This document shows positions 10,307 to 21,486 of a DNA stretch of 64,000 nucleotides, piece after piece. Both the position numbers and the translations under genes were made by a program. Every line of letters begins with the position of its first letter. Position 1 is the stretch's first letter. Below the pieces are notes generated by a model. That model was given only the letters and a program-made list of their open reading frames with translations. It was not told the origin of the DNA and ran no database searches. The DNA is from Nitrospira japonica (lineage in GTDB: Bacteria > Nitrospirota > Thermodesulfovibrionia > Thermodesulfovibrionales > SM23-35), in contig DYFC01000032.1 of the NCBI GenBank assembly GCA_020725385.1, positions 63,493 through 127,492 on the forward strand. Direction: 5' to 3'.

Positions 10307-11530
10307 TCATCTGAAAATTCCTTTAACCCAATCTTTCATTTTTCCGAATATACCTGTAAATGTTGCAGGATAAATTTCCACATCTTTTTCTTCATTGTAA
10401 CCATAAAGAACCAGACCTATTCCTGTTGAGTACATGGGATTACCCGTAATTTCTTTCGGACCGTAAATTTTTAACGGCATCCCTATCCTTACAGGAAGCC
10501 CAAATATTTCTGCAGCAAGTATATCAATGCCAGAAAGTAAAGAGCCCCCTCCTGTTAGGACAACTCCTGATGATGCAACTTCATATCCCGAACATGTTTT
10601 TAATTCATTGCTTATAATTTCTATCAGTTCTTCTGTTCGTGAATAAATAATTTCGCATAGTTGTAATCTTGGTATGACTGCTATTTCACCTGACCGTGAA
10701 ATCTTTATTTCCTCGGCTTCATCAATTGCTGTTAAAACAGCATGACCGTATTTCTTCTTTATCTTTTCAGCTTCATTGATCGATATACCGAGTCCTACAG
10801 CTATATCGTTTGTAAAATGGTTTCCTCCAACAGCAAGAACAGATGTATGTCTCAGCCATCCATCCCTGTAAAGGATTACATCTGTCGTACCACCACCAAT
10901 ATCTACAACAGCAACACCGAATTCTTTTTCTTCTTCTGTTAATATTGCTTCAGCAGAAGCAAGGGGCTCAAATATAATGTCTATTACCTCAAGTCCTGCT
11001 TTTTCGCAGCATTTAAGTAAATTCTGAACAGATGTAATTGCCCCGGTAAGAATATATACTTTTGCCTCAAGCTTTGTACCAATCATTCCGACAGGATCTT
11101 TTATGCCATTTAACCCATCAAGACTATATCCGGTTGGAATTACATGTAAGACTTCTCTATCAAGTGGAACATATACTGCTTTCGCAGAATCAATAACTCT
11201 TTCAACATCATCATTTGTGACTTCTTTTCCACGCACACCTGAAGCACCAACACTGTTAAATCCCTTGATATGACCTCCTGAGATTCCAACATAAACAGAG
11301 TTTATTTCAACTCCTGAAACACTTTCTGCTGTTTCAACTGCCTTGCGTATAGAGTTAATAGTTGCCTCAATATTAACTACAACTCCTTTTCTAAGTCCTG
11401 TTGATGGCGATGAACTGACACCGAGTATCTCAATCTTATTGTTTATTACTTCACCGACAACAACACATATCTTTGTTGTGCCAACATCAAGTCCAACAAT
11501 TATGTTTCCATGTGAGATTCTACTACCCAT
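10307..11530 (-). CDS. ftsA: Cell division protein FtsA
   Basis: GLDVGTTK, VDIGGGTT, VLTGGG and C-terminal amphipathic helix. Confidence 0.97.
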   Translation of the reverse strand: MGSRISHGNIIVGLDVGTTKICVVVGEVINNKIEILGVSSSPSTGLRKGVVVNIEATINSIRKAVETAESVSGVEINSVYVGISGGHIKGFNSVGASGVRGKEVTNDDVERVIDSAKAVYVPLDREVLHVIPTGYSLDGLNGIKDPVGMIGTKLEAKVYILTGAITSVQNLLKCCEKAGLEVIDIIFEPLASAEAILTEEEKEFGVAVVDIGGGTTDVILYRDGWLRHTSVLAVGGNHFTNDIAVGLGISINEAEKIKKKYGHAVLTAIDEAEEIKISRSGEIAVIPRLQLCEIIYSRTEELIEIISNELKTCSGYEVASSGVVLTGGGSLLSGIDILAAEIFGLPVRIGMPLKIYGPKEITGNPMYSTGIGLVLYGYNEEKDVEIYPATFTGIFGKMKDWVKGIFR

Positions 11531-12285
11531 TATTTAATTACCTTTTCAATTACAGGTTTTACAAATGCTCTGCCTGAAAATCTGAGGTCAATATAAGCAA
11601 CATTTATACCCATATTTTTTATGTCCTCTTCAAGCTTGAGTAATTTATCAAGCTTTTCTTCATATTGTCCTTCACCGATTTTTACTTCAAGTCCGTCAAT
11701 TACTGCTGTTATTTCATGAGGCTTATATGCTTTAATCTCTATGTGTTCTCTTTGCGTTGACAGACCTTTGCGATTCATTGCATTTGCAAGATTAATTGCT
11801 TCTTTGAGCCCCTGTTTGTCCCTGAACGGATCACCTGTTATTACAGGAAGAAAAGGAACCGATTTATTCTTAATCTCTTCAAGAAGATTACCCTGATCAT
11901 CTATAAGGAAAAGATGTTCGTTCATCTCAAGAAGTGCAAAAGGCTCTGCTTCTTTGATTGTCATTAAAAGAGTGTCAGGGAATATTTTTTTAATATTCAC
12001 TGATTTTATCCATGGTGATTTCAACATTCTGTTGCAAATATCTTCGCCTGAGAACGAAAGGAGGCTATCACCCTTTTTGATGCATGAAAATGTTCTTAGT
12101 TCATCATCTGTAAGATGTTTGTTCCCTGAAAAAAGAAAATGTTTTACCGGAAATATAAATTTAAACGGGTTTGAATAAATTAGAAGATACAAAGAAACTG
12201 CAGCAGATATTATCAGTATCATAGAAACTGCATTCCTTGCTATTATTAGAATATTCCTGTGTTTCTTAAATCTATTTATTTTCAT
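11530..12285 (-). CDS. ftsQ: Cell division protein FtsQ/DivIB
   Basis: TM plus POTRA (GNKHL, PWIKSV, FPDTL) and YIDLRF; lies between ddl and ftsA. Confidence 0.9.
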   Translation of the reverse strand: MKINRFKKHRNILIIARNAVSMILIISAAVSLYLLIYSNPFKFIFPVKHFLFSGNKHLTDDELRTFSCIKKGDSLLSFSGEDICNRMLKSPWIKSVNIKKIFPDTLLMTIKEAEPFALLEMNEHLFLIDDQGNLLEEIKNKSVPFLPVITGDPFRDKQGLKEAINLANAMNRKGLSTQREHIEIKAYKPHEITAVIDGLEVKIGEGQYEEKLDKLLKLEEDIKNMGINVAYIDLRFSGRAFVKPVIEKVIK

Positions 12286-13189
12286 CTTCTATGCTTTTCA
12301 AAATCTCTTCAACCAATTCTTGAAAACTCAAACCTGCTTGCATAGCTATCTTTGGAAGCAGGCTTGTTTCTGTCATTCCGGGTATCGTATTTACTTCAAG
12401 CACAAATGGATTACCTTTGTTGTCTATCCTTAAATCGACTCTTGTAGCTCCTCTACAGCCGAGAGCAAGATGGGCTTTTAAAGCTTCTTCTGCTGCTCTT
12501 TCATAAACATTTTGTTCAAGTTCGGGAGGAAGTATATATTGAGTAAGACCTGCTGTATATTTTGCTTCATAACTGTAAAACTCCAGCGATGGCCTGACTT
12601 CTACTCCACCAAGAATTTTGTTTCTTAAGATACCTATCTGAACTTCTTTTCCTTCTATATATTTTTCGATAATCACCCGATTCCCAAAAGAAAATGCATT
12701 TTCAAGAGCAGCACCAAGTTTTTCCTTGTCTTTTAAGATAGTAACACCGATGCTTGAGCCTTCTGTTGCCGGTTTAACAACCCATGGCATTTCGAAAGGC
12801 ACATCAAATTTAATAGAAGGTTTTTTTATGATGATAAATTCAGGAACCTGAACTTTATGATATATAAAAATCTGTTTTGATGCTTCTTTATCCATTGCGA
12901 GTGCAGATGCAAGCACGCCGGAACCTGTATAAGGAATGTCCATAACTTCAAGCATTCCCTGAACAGCTCCATTCTCACCCCATCCGCCATGTAGAACAGG
13001 AAATGCTATTTCAATGCCTTCTTTAATTAATAAAGCACATAAATCTTTTTGAGCATCTATTAAAACCACATTATAGCCCATGTTTTTTAATGCATTAAAA
13101 ACTGCTGTACCACTTCTTAGAGATACTTCTCTTTCAGCCGAGATCCCTCCAAATAATACACCTATTTTTTTATCCTTCAACAAACTCAT
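12272..13189 (-). CDS. ddl: D-alanine--D-alanine ligase
   Basis: [24 protein letters not shown] and EVNTIPGMT motifs. Confidence 0.97.
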   Translation of the reverse strand: MSLLKDKKIGVLFGGISAEREVSLRSGTAVFNALKNMGYNVVLIDAQKDLCALLIKEGIEIAFPVLHGGWGENGAVQGMLEVMDIPYTGSGVLASALAMDKEASKQIFIYHKVQVPEFIIIKKPSIKFDVPFEMPWVVKPATEGSSIGVTILKDKEKLGAALENAFSFGNRVIIEKYIEGKEVQIGILRNKILGGVEVRPSLEFYSYEAKYTAGLTQYILPPELEQNVYERAAEEALKAHLALGCRGATRVDLRIDNKGNPFVLEVNTIPGMTETSLLPKIAMQAGLSFQELVEEILKSIEDENK

Positions 13190-14108
13190 CTCTCCCTATT
13201 ATTTTTATTTCCGGTTCAAGAATAAGTCCTGTCTTTTTTTTAACTTTATATGAAACAATTTCCATAAGTTTCAGAAAATCAGCAGCTTTTGCTCTGCCCC
13301 TGTTTATAAAAAAGTTCGCATGTAAATTGCTGACTTCAACATCTCCAACCCTTAGTCCTTTACACCCTGCTTCTTCTATTAATTGTCCTGCATAAAATCC
13401 AGGAGGATTTTTAAATACGCATCCTGCTGATGGCTCCCAGATAGGTTGTTTCTCTTTTTTAATTTTCAGAAAATTTTCAATGTTTTTGGTAATCTCTTCT
13501 TTATCGCCTTTTTTTAGTTTTATCTCAGCACCGATAATTATATTCCCCGAATTTATTCCGGAAGTTCTGTATCCAAAGTTAAGAGAATCCGTGGTAAATC
13601 TTTTTATTAAACCTGCTTCATTCATAATGTCGATTGAATAAAGAATATCTTTTATTTCACGTCCAAAAGAGCCTGCATTCCCGTATATCGCTCCTCCGAT
13701 AGTGCCCGGAATTCCTGCAAGTTCCTCGGTTCCTGAGTATCCATTTTCTTTGCAATAAGTAATAAAACGTTGTAATAAAACTCCTGATCCGGTATAGATT
13801 ATTACTGAATCTCCATCTTCTTTTATCCTGGTTATATTTTTAAACGACTTTAATGATATTACCGCGCCTTCGATCCCGTTATCCCTGACAAGAATATTTG
13901 TTCCGCCACCCAGGGCGATAAAGGGGATCCCGTTATTCTTTAAATTGATTAAAAGCCCGATTAATGAAGGAATATCAGCCGGCAAAGCATATATATCGGC
14001 ATTGCCCCCTATTCTTAAAGATGTGTGACTGCTCATTGGTTCCATGAACTTAACTTCACCCTCAAAAAGGCTACCCGAAAATATTTTTCTAAATTCGAGT
14101 TCAACCAT
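13170..14108 (-). CDS. murB: UDP-N-acetylenolpyruvoylglucosamine reductase
   Basis: [29 protein letters not shown] and HANF motifs. Confidence 0.96.
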   Translation of the reverse strand: MVELEFRKIFSGSLFEGEVKFMEPMSSHTSLRIGGNADIYALPADIPSLIGLLINLKNNGIPFIALGGGTNILVRDNGIEGAVISLKSFKNITRIKEDGDSVIIYTGSGVLLQRFITYCKENGYSGTEELAGIPGTIGGAIYGNAGSFGREIKDILYSIDIMNEAGLIKRFTTDSLNFGYRTSGINSGNIIIGAEIKLKKGDKEEITKNIENFLKIKKEKQPIWEPSAGCVFKNPPGFYAGQLIEEAGCKGLRVGDVEVSNLHANFFINRGRAKAADFLKLMEIVSYKVKKKTGLILEPEIKIIGRDEFVEG

Positions 14109-15517
14109 TATCTGAAATCTTTCCTGTTTAATATATGAAGAATTTCTTCACCTATCTTCCAGACATCGCCAGCCCCGAGTGTGAGAAGGACATCTCCTTC
14201 TTTTAATTCTGATGCGATTTGCAAGGCTGCATTCTGCCTGTTCTGTAAATAAAAGACATCATTCATGCCTTTATTTTTTATGCTTTCAACAAGTCTATCC
14301 GAGTTTACCCCTTCAATAGGTTTTTCTCCTGCAGGATATATATCAATAACAAAAAGTCTGTCTGCATCATTAAAGGATTCGGAAAATTCATCCATAAGAT
14401 CAGTTGTTCTTGAATAACGGTGAGGCTGAAATAATACAACAAGACTTCCAGATTTTCTATTTAATGGCAGGTTCTCGAAAATACCTTCTTTGACTGCTCT
14501 TAAAGTCGCTTTTATTTCAGCAGGATGATGGCCGTAATCATCATAAATCATAATTCCATTTTGTTCGCCTTTAAATTCAAGTCTCCTCTGTATGCCGCTG
14601 AAATTTTTTAATGCGTTTTTGATTATTTCTATATCCATCTTTAAAGTTAGACCGCAGCCGATTGCTGCAAGTGCATTCAAGACATTATGAATACCCGGCA
14701 AGCAAATCTTAAATTCACCGAGATATTTGCCCTTATGGAAGACGTCAAAATTTATGGACATGAAACCTTTTTTAATATTTACTGCCCGCAATTCAGCTTC
14801 TTCTGAAAAACCATATGTCATATACTTTCTATGTATAGAAGGCAAAAGTTCTTTTATATGCTGATTTTCAATACAAACTATTGCTGTTCCATAAAATGGC
14901 ACTTTATTTATAAATTCAAGAAAAGCCTTTTTCAGGGAATCCATATTCTTGAAAAAATCCATATGTTCCCTGTCAATATTTGTAACAACTCCGATAGTTG
15001 GTGAAAGTTTCAGGAAAGAGCCATCACTTTCATCAGCTTCTGCAACAAGAAATTCACCTTTACCCAGCACAGCATTCTTGCCTGTAGCCTTAAGCCTTCC
15101 ACCAATAACAACTGTTGGGTCAAAATTTCCTTCTGTCAATAAAGTTGATATTAATGAGGTAGTCGTTGTTTTTCCGTGCGCTCCGGCAACAAGCACTGAA
15201 TATTTCAAACGGGCTAATTCAGCTAACATTTCTGCTCTTGGTATAACAGGTATTGATTTTTTCTTTGCTTCGAGAACCTCTGGATTATCATCTTTAACAG
15301 CAGAAGAAATAACGAGAACATGTGCATCATCAACATTTTTTCCATCATGTCCTATGTAAATTTTTATTCCGAGAGTCTGAAGCCTTTTTGTTGTTTGAGA
15401 CTCATTCAAATCAGAACCTGTTACTTCATACCCGAGATTGTGAAGTAGTTCAGCGATACCCGACATTCCGATACCACCTATACCAACAAAATGTATTATT
15501 CTATACCGTTCAAACAC
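14108..15517 (-). CDS. murC: UDP-N-acetylmuramate--L-alanine ligase
   Basis: HFVGIGGIGMSG, GAHGKTTT, EADESD, DDYGHHP and FQPHRY motifs. Confidence 0.98.
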   Translation of the reverse strand: MFERYRIIHFVGIGGIGMSGIAELLHNLGYEVTGSDLNESQTTKRLQTLGIKIYIGHDGKNVDDAHVLVISSAVKDDNPEVLEAKKKSIPVIPRAEMLAELARLKYSVLVAGAHGKTTTTSLISTLLTEGNFDPTVVIGGRLKATGKNAVLGKGEFLVAEADESDGSFLKLSPTIGVVTNIDREHMDFFKNMDSLKKAFLEFINKVPFYGTAIVCIENQHIKELLPSIHRKYMTYGFSEEAELRAVNIKKGFMSINFDVFHKGKYLGEFKICLPGIHNVLNALAAIGCGLTLKMDIEIIKNALKNFSGIQRRLEFKGEQNGIMIYDDYGHHPAEIKATLRAVKEGIFENLPLNRKSGSLVVLFQPHRYSRTTDLMDEFSESFNDADRLFVIDIYPAGEKPIEGVNSDRLVESIKNKGMNDVFYLQNRQNAALQIASELKEGDVLLTLGAGDVWKIGEEILHILNRKDFR

Positions 15518-16676
15518 TTGTAACCCCGTTTTTGAATTTTGAATCTTGAGTTTTGAGTTTTGAATCTTGAGTTTTGAGTTTTGAATTCTTTATTATGCTC
15601 ATTGCTATATCAACAACTTTCTCTGATGCATCAGGCTTGCTTACTGAAATGCAGCTTTTTCTCATATCATTCCTTAGATTCTCATTAAAAAATAATTCTT
15701 TTATTTCTCCGGCAAGTTTTTCTCCACCGAGGTCTTTATCGGCTATCAGCTTCGCTGCTCCTATTTCCTTAAGTTTTTTTGCATTTAATTCCTGATGATT
15801 ACCGGCAGCATAGGGGTAAGGAATTAATATCGCGGGTTTCCCCAAAGATGTAATCTCCGCAAGTGTTGTTGCTCCTGCCCGTGAGATTACAATATCCGAT
15901 ACAACATAAGCTTCACCCATTTGATAAATAAATGGTGCTACAACTCCTTTAAACCCTGCATTTCTATACGCATCTCTGATATATTCATAATCAGAAGAGC
16001 CTGTTTGATGAATAAACTGAATACTATCTTTAATTTCTTTTAGAAAATTGAATGCATCAATAATCGCAAGATTTATACTCCTTGCGCCTGAACTTCCTCC
16101 AAAGACTAATATTGTAAAAAGATTCCTTTCAATCGGGAAAATCTTATAAGCTGATTCAATACTTCCTTTAAAAACCTGAAGTCTTACAGGATTCCCTGTA
16201 AGAAAGGTGTTGCCTTTAGGAAAATGTGAGATGCTTTCCTGGTATGTTATACATATTGCATCAACAAATTTTCCGAGTTGTTTATTTGTAAATCCGGGTG
16301 TTAAATTCTGCTCGAGTATCATTGTAGGGAATGACATAAAATATGCGATCATCAGTATTACTCCTGATGCATACCCTCCAACTCCGATCACAATATCCGG
16401 TTTTACAGATGTTAATATGTTGTATGAATCAAATACTGCATAAACCATTTTAATTAAAGATTTAACCTTTCTCTTAATTGACACTCCAACAAATCCCTCG
16501 GCTCTTAAGAACTTAATCGGGTAACCTTCTCTTGGCACAACCCTCGATTCTATCCCGTGCTCTGTGCCTACAAAAATAATTTCATTAGACTCATCCCTTC
16601 TTTTAAATTCCTCTGCAACCGCTAAACCGGGAAACAAATGTCCACCGGTTCCACCCCCGGCTATTATTATTCTCAT
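15510..16676 (-). CDS. murG: Lipid II GlcNAc transferase MurG
   Basis: GGGTGGH, GGY, GNPVR, GGSSGA, SRAGA and HQELNA motifs. Confidence 0.97.
   Translation of the reverse strand: MRIIIAGGGTGGHLFPGLAVAEEFKRRDESNEIIFVGTEHGIESRVVPREGYPIKFLRAEGFVGVSIKRKVKSLIKMVYAVFDSYNILTSVKPDIVIGVGGYASGVILMIAYFMSFPTMILEQNLTPGFTNKQLGKFVDAICITYQESISHFPKGNTFLTGNPVRLQVFKGSIESAYKIFPIERNLFTILVFGGSSGARSINLAIIDAFNFLKEIKDSIQFIHQTGSSDYEYIRDAYRNAGFKGVVAPFIYQMGEAYVVSDIVISRAGATTLAEITSLGKPAILIPYPYAAGNHQELNAKKLKEIGAAKLIADKDLGGEKLAGEIKELFFNENLRNDMRKSCISVSKPDASEKVVDIAMSIIKNSKLKTQDSKLKTQDSKFKNGVTSV
15530..15585. repeat. Tandem heptamer array (T[T/C]TTGA[A/G])x8 inside the murG 3' end
   Basis: TTTTGAA TTTTGAA TCTTGAG TTTTGAG TTTTGAA TCTTGAG TTTTGAG TTTTGAA; encodes the SKLKTQDSKLKTQDSKFK tail. 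Confidence 0.9.
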
Positions 16677-17872
16677 CTTTCGAAAATTATCCTGTTGCCT
16701 TTAAAATTTTTTCTTAAATTCCTGGATTCAACCTTTCTTTTAATTATCTTTCTCTTAATAATATTCTTGTCTTCAGCTTCTTCATTTTCATCGTTCTTTG
16801 AAAGTCTTAAAAGCATCCCGATTGTAGCCATATTAACAAGCAAAGAAGACCCGCCATAACTTATAAAAGGAAGCGGAAGTCCTTTTGTAGGAATCATCCC
16901 GGTAACAACAGCAAAATTTATAAGAGCCTGTAAAGCAATCATTAATGAAAGCCCTGTGACAAGATAACTTGTAAACAAATCTTTTCTTGAAGCAGCAATC
17001 TTTATTCCCCTGTAAAATAGAAATGTAAAAAGGACAATGACAAAAATTGCTCCTATAAGTCCGAATTCTTCCCCGATAATTGAAAATATAAAGTCTGTAT
17101 GTGATTCCGGCAGATAGGATAATTTTTGTTTTGAACTGCCAAGCCCTACACCTGTTAGCCCCCCGCTTCCCAGTGCGATAAAAGATTGAATAAGTTGAAA
17201 ACCGGTTTTTTGAGGGTCTTCCCATGGATTAAGAAAAGAAGTAATTCTCCTGAACCTATAAGGTTCCATCGCAAGTTTTATTATTACGGGGATAGCTGCA
17301 AGAAGAAGAATCCCGATATATCTTATCTTTGTTCCTGAAAGAAAAAGCATAGCAATCGTAATGAATGTCAGACTCATTACAGCACCAAAATCAGGCTGTA
17401 AGATTATGATTAACTGAAAGATAACCATAACTCCTATTGGTTTTATGAAAGAAATGAAACTATCTGTTCTGTAATCAGGCATTGAAATATATTTTGCAAG
17501 AAATATGACCATTGCCATTTTTACGAGTTCAGATGGTTGAAATGTCGATGGCCAGAGTCTAATCCATCTTCTCGCACCGCCTGCAGATATACCAATCCCG
17601 GGTATAAAGACAAGTAAAAGAAGGATTAGAGAAATTATAAGTAAAGGTATCGCAAGCTTTTCAATAAAAGAAGGCTTCAGTCTATAAGCAATTGCCATAA
17701 TAATAAAACCCGCGACTATTGTGAAGAGATGTCTTTTAAAAAAGAAGAATTCGGTTGCTCCCTTTTTTATCAATACAGGAGTCAGAACAGATGTAGTACT
17801 GTAAATCATCAGGGCTCCGAACCCTGTGAGTATCAAAGTAATAATCAGTAGATATTTATCCTGTCTTTCCAT
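16673..17872 (-). CDS. ftsW: SEDS peptidoglycan polymerase FtsW
   Basis: GARRWI, FQPSE, QPDFG, LPESHTDFIF, PTKG and SYGGSS motifs. Confidence 0.97.
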   Translation of the reverse strand: MERQDKYLLIITLILTGFGALMIYSTTSVLTPVLIKKGATEFFFFKRHLFTIVAGFIIMAIAYRLKPSFIEKLAIPLLIISLILLLLVFIPGIGISAGGARRWIRLWPSTFQPSELVKMAMVIFLAKYISMPDYRTDSFISFIKPIGVMVIFQLIIILQPDFGAVMSLTFITIAMLFLSGTKIRYIGILLLAAIPVIIKLAMEPYRFRRITSFLNPWEDPQKTGFQLIQSFIALGSGGLTGVGLGSSKQKLSYLPESHTDFIFSIIGEEFGLIGAIFVIVLFTFLFYRGIKIAASRKDLFTSYLVTGLSLMIALQALINFAVVTGMIPTKGLPLPFISYGGSSLLVNMATIGMLLRLSKNDENEEAEDKNIIKRKIIKRKVESRNLRKNFKGNRIIFER

Positions 17873-19302
17873 TATTTAAGCTTCCTGACTATATCTTTGA
17901 ATTGTCTTCCTCTGTCTTCAAAATCTCTGAACATATCAAAACTTGCACATGCAGGTGATAGAAGAACAACATCTCCTTTTTCAGCTTCTCTTTGGGCAAT
18001 TTCAACCGCATCTTTAAGACTTGCAGCCATATGAGTTTTAACAAAATCACCGAGCGCTTTTTTAATTTTCCCGGACGCTTCGCCAATAAGTATCAGGGAT
18101 TTTACTTTATCTTTTACCAAATCTTTCAAAGCACTGAAATCTCCTGCCTTATCTCTTCCACCTGCTATTAAAATCACAGGAGATTTGAATCCCTCAAGTG
18201 ACTTCATTACTGCGGCAACATTTGTGCCTTTCGAATCATTGATGTAACTCACACCATTTAACTCTCTGACAAATTCAAGCCGGTGTTCTAATCCCCCAAA
18301 CTCTTTAAGTGAATCTATTACTGCATTTACAGGACAACCTGCAAGGAGAGCCATGGCAGAAGCAGCCATGGCATTCTCCAGGTTATGTACTCCTTTAATT
18401 CTTATCTCACCGGTATTAATTAAACTAAATGGAATTTTTTCTCCAAATATATCCGGAATATTACAATAAATATATCCATCTTTGAGATATAGACCTTTAA
18501 CCTCATTTTTCCTGCTGAAAAAATAGACTTGTGGTTTTATTGATTCCAATTTTGAATAATATAGTTTTTTTGTTTCATCATCGTCATAATTAAGAACAAG
18601 ATAATCTTCTTCTGTCTGATTCATAAATATTCTTGATTTTGCGTCTATGTATTCTTTCATTGAATGGTATCTATCGAGATGGTCCGGAGTTATATTTAAT
18701 AAAGAAGCAACAACTGGTTTAAACTTATCAATTGCCTCAAGCTGAAAACTCGAGACTTCAACTACAACAAAATCAACAGTCTTTTTATTATCCTTAATGC
18801 TTGCAAGTCTTAGTATTTCTTCTGTTAAAGCATTGCCAATATTGCCTCCTAAAATGCTTTTAAATCCTCCTTTATTAATCATAAAATCGAGCAAAGTTGT
18901 TGTAGTTGATTTTCCGTTTGTGCCTGTAACAGCAAGAAACCCTTTATTGCAATTAATTAGTTGTTCTTCTTCATTGACAGACATTATTATTCTGTAAGCT
19001 AGTTCAAGCTCACCTATTATAGGAATTCCTCTTGCCCTCGCAAGAGATAGCGGGCTTATATCAAGAGGAACACCCGGGCTGACAACCACAAGATCAGAGT
19101 CTTTAAATAGATAGTCCGGATGAGAACCTAATATAAGCTTTACTTCTTTATTGATATTCTGAATATAAGATTCTAATTTGTCTTCTTGTTTTATATCAGT
19201 TACAGTTACATCAGCGCCCATTAAAGAAAGCAGATTGGCTGCGCCAACTCCGCTTCTTGCGAGTCCTACTATTGTTACTCTTTTCCCTTTAACTTCTTTC
19301 AA
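17872..19302 (-). CDS. murD: UDP-N-acetylmuramoyl-L-alanine--D-glutamate ligase (probable TTG start at 19302; the ORF track extends to 19359)
   Basis: GLARSG, VVSPG, VTGTNGKST, EVSSFQ, NDSKGTN and LSPACASFD motifs. AAGGA-like SD upstream of the in-frame TTG at 19302. Confidence 0.95.
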   Translation of the reverse strand: MKEVKGKRVTIVGLARSGVGAANLLSLMGADVTVTDIKQEDKLESYIQNINKEVKLILGSHPDYLFKDSDLVVVSPGVPLDISPLSLARARGIPIIGELELAYRIIMSVNEEEQLINCNKGFLAVTGTNGKSTTTTLLDFMINKGGFKSILGGNIGNALTEEILRLASIKDNKKTVDFVVVEVSSFQLEAIDKFKPVVASLLNITPDHLDRYHSMKEYIDAKSRIFMNQTEEDYLVLNYDDDETKKLYYSKLESIKPQVYFFSRKNEVKGLYLKDGYIYCNIPDIFGEKIPFSLINTGEIRIKGVHNLENAMAASAMALLAGCPVNAVIDSLKEFGGLEHRLEFVRELNGVSYINDSKGTNVAAVMKSLEGFKSPVILIAGGRDKAGDFSALKDLVKDKVKSLILIGEASGKIKKALGDFVKTHMAASLKDAVEIAQREAEKGDVVLLSPACASFDMFRDFEDRGRQFKDIVRKLK

Positions 19303-20407
19303 CTCCTGTCCTTTTTGCAAATTTATAAGATTTCTTTTTATTTGTTTTTGATTTTGCAATGTTATATTTTTTGACTTTTTTCTTTGTATATATCTTTTCT
19401 TCCGGGGATTTGCTTTTTGATTTTTTAGCGAGTAAATATTTTTTGCTGGATTTTTTTATTTTATGAATTCTTTTTGATGGCGTAACGATACTATAATCAT
19501 CATCAATCTCTGTATTCGTTACATAAAATACAGGATTTTCTCTATTATTCAAGACATCAAATCCTTTTGTTATAAGTAATTCTGTCTCGCGCCAGAGTTC
19601 TTCCCTGCTTGGACTGCCAAGAACAGCAACAACTACGGTGTCGTTTTTTCTTTCAGCAGCACATACAAAACAATGTCTTGCTTTGTTTGTATATCCTGTC
19701 TTTCCTCCGACAAGATCATCTTCAGACCATAAAAGTCTATTTGTATTTCTTATTAATTTTGAGTTGCCATTGGTTGAAGAAACTTGAGTTATTCTTGTGC
19801 CTATAATTTCGCGAATCTTCGGGTATTTAAGAGCATAGCTCATAATTCTTGAAAGATCATTTGCGGTTATATGCTGGCCGCTACCGGGAAGTCCTGTTGC
19901 ATTTATGAAAAATGTGTTTGAGGCTCCAATTGAAAGAGCTTTCATATTCATAAGTTCTACGAATTTTTCTTCTGAACCGGCAACAGCTTCTGCCAGAGCT
20001 ACTGCCGCATCATTTGCAGAACCTATTAAAGCTGCATTTAATAGCTCTTCGACAGTGATTCTGTCACCTGCCTTAAACCCTGCCTTATGTGGTTGAACAC
20101 GGGCAGCATTTTTGCTTATTGTAACAATGTCATTCAGATTAGCTCTTTCGAGTGTAACTATTGCTGTCATGAGTTTTGTAGTACTTGCCGGAGGACATCT
20201 AAGGTCAGGATTTTTGGCATATAATAGCCTGCCTGTTGACGCATCCATTACAACGACTGCCCTTGAAAGTATATCCTGGGAGTAAGAGAATACAGGTAAA
20301 AGAAAAATGGATAGGAAGACAATTATTAAAGATAACGTATTATTTTTTAACAAATATCCTGCTGTTTTTCTACCCTGAATCCACGTATTTTTAAGCATAA
20401 TTGTCAC
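19289..20407 (-). CDS. D-alanyl-D-alanine carboxypeptidase (peptidase S11) with Lys-rich C-terminal tail
   Basis: PASTTK (SxxK), SANDAA (SxN) and GKTG motifs; hydrophobic signal region. Confidence 0.9.
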   Translation of the reverse strand: MTIMLKNTWIQGRKTAGYLLKNNTLSLIIVFLSIFLLPVFSYSQDILSRAVVVMDASTGRLLYAKNPDLRCPPASTTKLMTAIVTLERANLNDIVTISKNAARVQPHKAGFKAGDRITVEELLNAALIGSANDAAVALAEAVAGSEEKFVELMNMKALSIGASNTFFINATGLPGSGQHITANDLSRIMSYALKYPKIREIIGTRITQVSSTNGNSKLIRNTNRLLWSEDDLVGGKTGYTNKARHCFVCAAERKNDTVVVAVLGSPSREELWRETELLITKGFDVLNNRENPVFYVTNTEIDDDYSIVTPSKRIHKIKKSSKKYLLAKKSKSKSPEEKIYTKKKVKKYNIAKSKTNKKKSYKFAKRTGVERS

Positions 20408-21486
20408 CTCACTTTTAAAGTTGCCAGACTCAATAAAGCAAGAACTATTCCAATAATCCAGAATCTTACAATAACTTTGGGCTCAGGCCATCCTTTTAGT
20501 TCGAAATGATGATGTATTGGAGCCATCTTAAAAACTCTTTTCCCTGTTAATTTAAAAGAAGAAACCTGAATTATTACCGATAATGTCTCAATTACAAATA
20601 TCCCGCCAACTACAGCAAGAACAATTTCATGTTTTGTTATTACAGCTAATGTTCCAAGAGCGCCTCCAAGACTAAGTGAACCTACATCACCCATAAAAAC
20701 ATCTGCAGGATAGGAATTAAACCATAGAAATCCTAATGCTGCTCCAAACATGGCTCCACAAAATACAGTAAGTTCTCCTGTGCCCGGAAGATAAAGAACC
20801 TGCAGATATTGAGCCAATCCTTTATGTCCTGAAAGATAAACAAGAACTCCGTTTGCAAGTGCTGCGACAGCTACAAGTCCTATTGCGAGGCCATCAATTC
20901 CATCTGTGAGATTTACAGCATTTGAAGAACCAACTATGACAATTATCGAAAAAGGTATATAAATCCAGCCAAGCTCAAAAAGCCATTTCTTGAAAAAAGG
21001 TACACTAAGAACGTCTGAATAAGGATCCTTTGGGTTTAAATAAAGGAAAACTCCTATTATGACTGCAAGTCCGATCTGAAGTCCGAATTTTTGATATGCT
21101 CTTAACCCTCTATGGTTATGGCGATGTACTTTGAGATAATCATCAAGAAATCCGATAAAACCAAAACCTAAGAGAGAGACAATCATTATCCATATATAAA
21201 TATTTTTAAGATCACCCCACATTAACATTGAAACCATAATACATGTAATAATTAAAATTCCACCCATTGTCGGAGTGCCTGCTTTCCCGAGATGCGCTTT
21301 CGGGCCATCATCTCTTATTTGCTGGGTAAGACTAAGGTTCCTTAATTTATTAATCATCCATGGCCCTAATAGCAAAGAAAGAAAAAGAGCTGTCAAAATA
21401 GCCAGAGATGTTCTAAAAGTAATATATCTGAATACATTTAAAGGGGAAAACCAGTCATGAAGGCTGTATATTAAACTGTACAGCAT
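20404..21486 (-). CDS. mraY: Phospho-N-acetylmuramoyl-pentapeptide transferase
   Basis: GTPTMGG, DDY, NAVNLTDGIDGL, FMGDVGS and MAPIHHHFE motifs. Confidence 0.98.
   Translation of the reverse strand: MLYSLIYSLHDWFSPLNVFRYITFRTSLAILTALFLSLLLGPWMINKLRNLSLTQQIRDDGPKAHLGKAGTPTMGGILIITCIMVSMLMWGDLKNIYIWIMIVSLLGFGFIGFLDDYLKVHRHNHRGLRAYQKFGLQIGLAVIIGVFLYLNPKDPYSDVLSVPFFKKWLFELGWIYIPFSIIVIVGSSNAVNLTDGIDGLAIGLVAVAALANGVLVYLSGHKGLAQYLQVLYLPGTGELTVFCGAMFGAALGFLWFNSYPADVFMGDVGSLSLGGALGTLAVITKHEIVLAVVGGIFVIETLSVIIQVSSFKLTGKRVFKMAPIHHHFELKGWPEPKVIVRFWIIGIVLALLSLATLKVR

Noticed and set aside
19303-19359. N-terminal extension of MurD in the ORF track
   Set aside because: It overlaps the carboxypeptidase tail; the in-frame TTG at 19302 with an SD fits MurD homology better.
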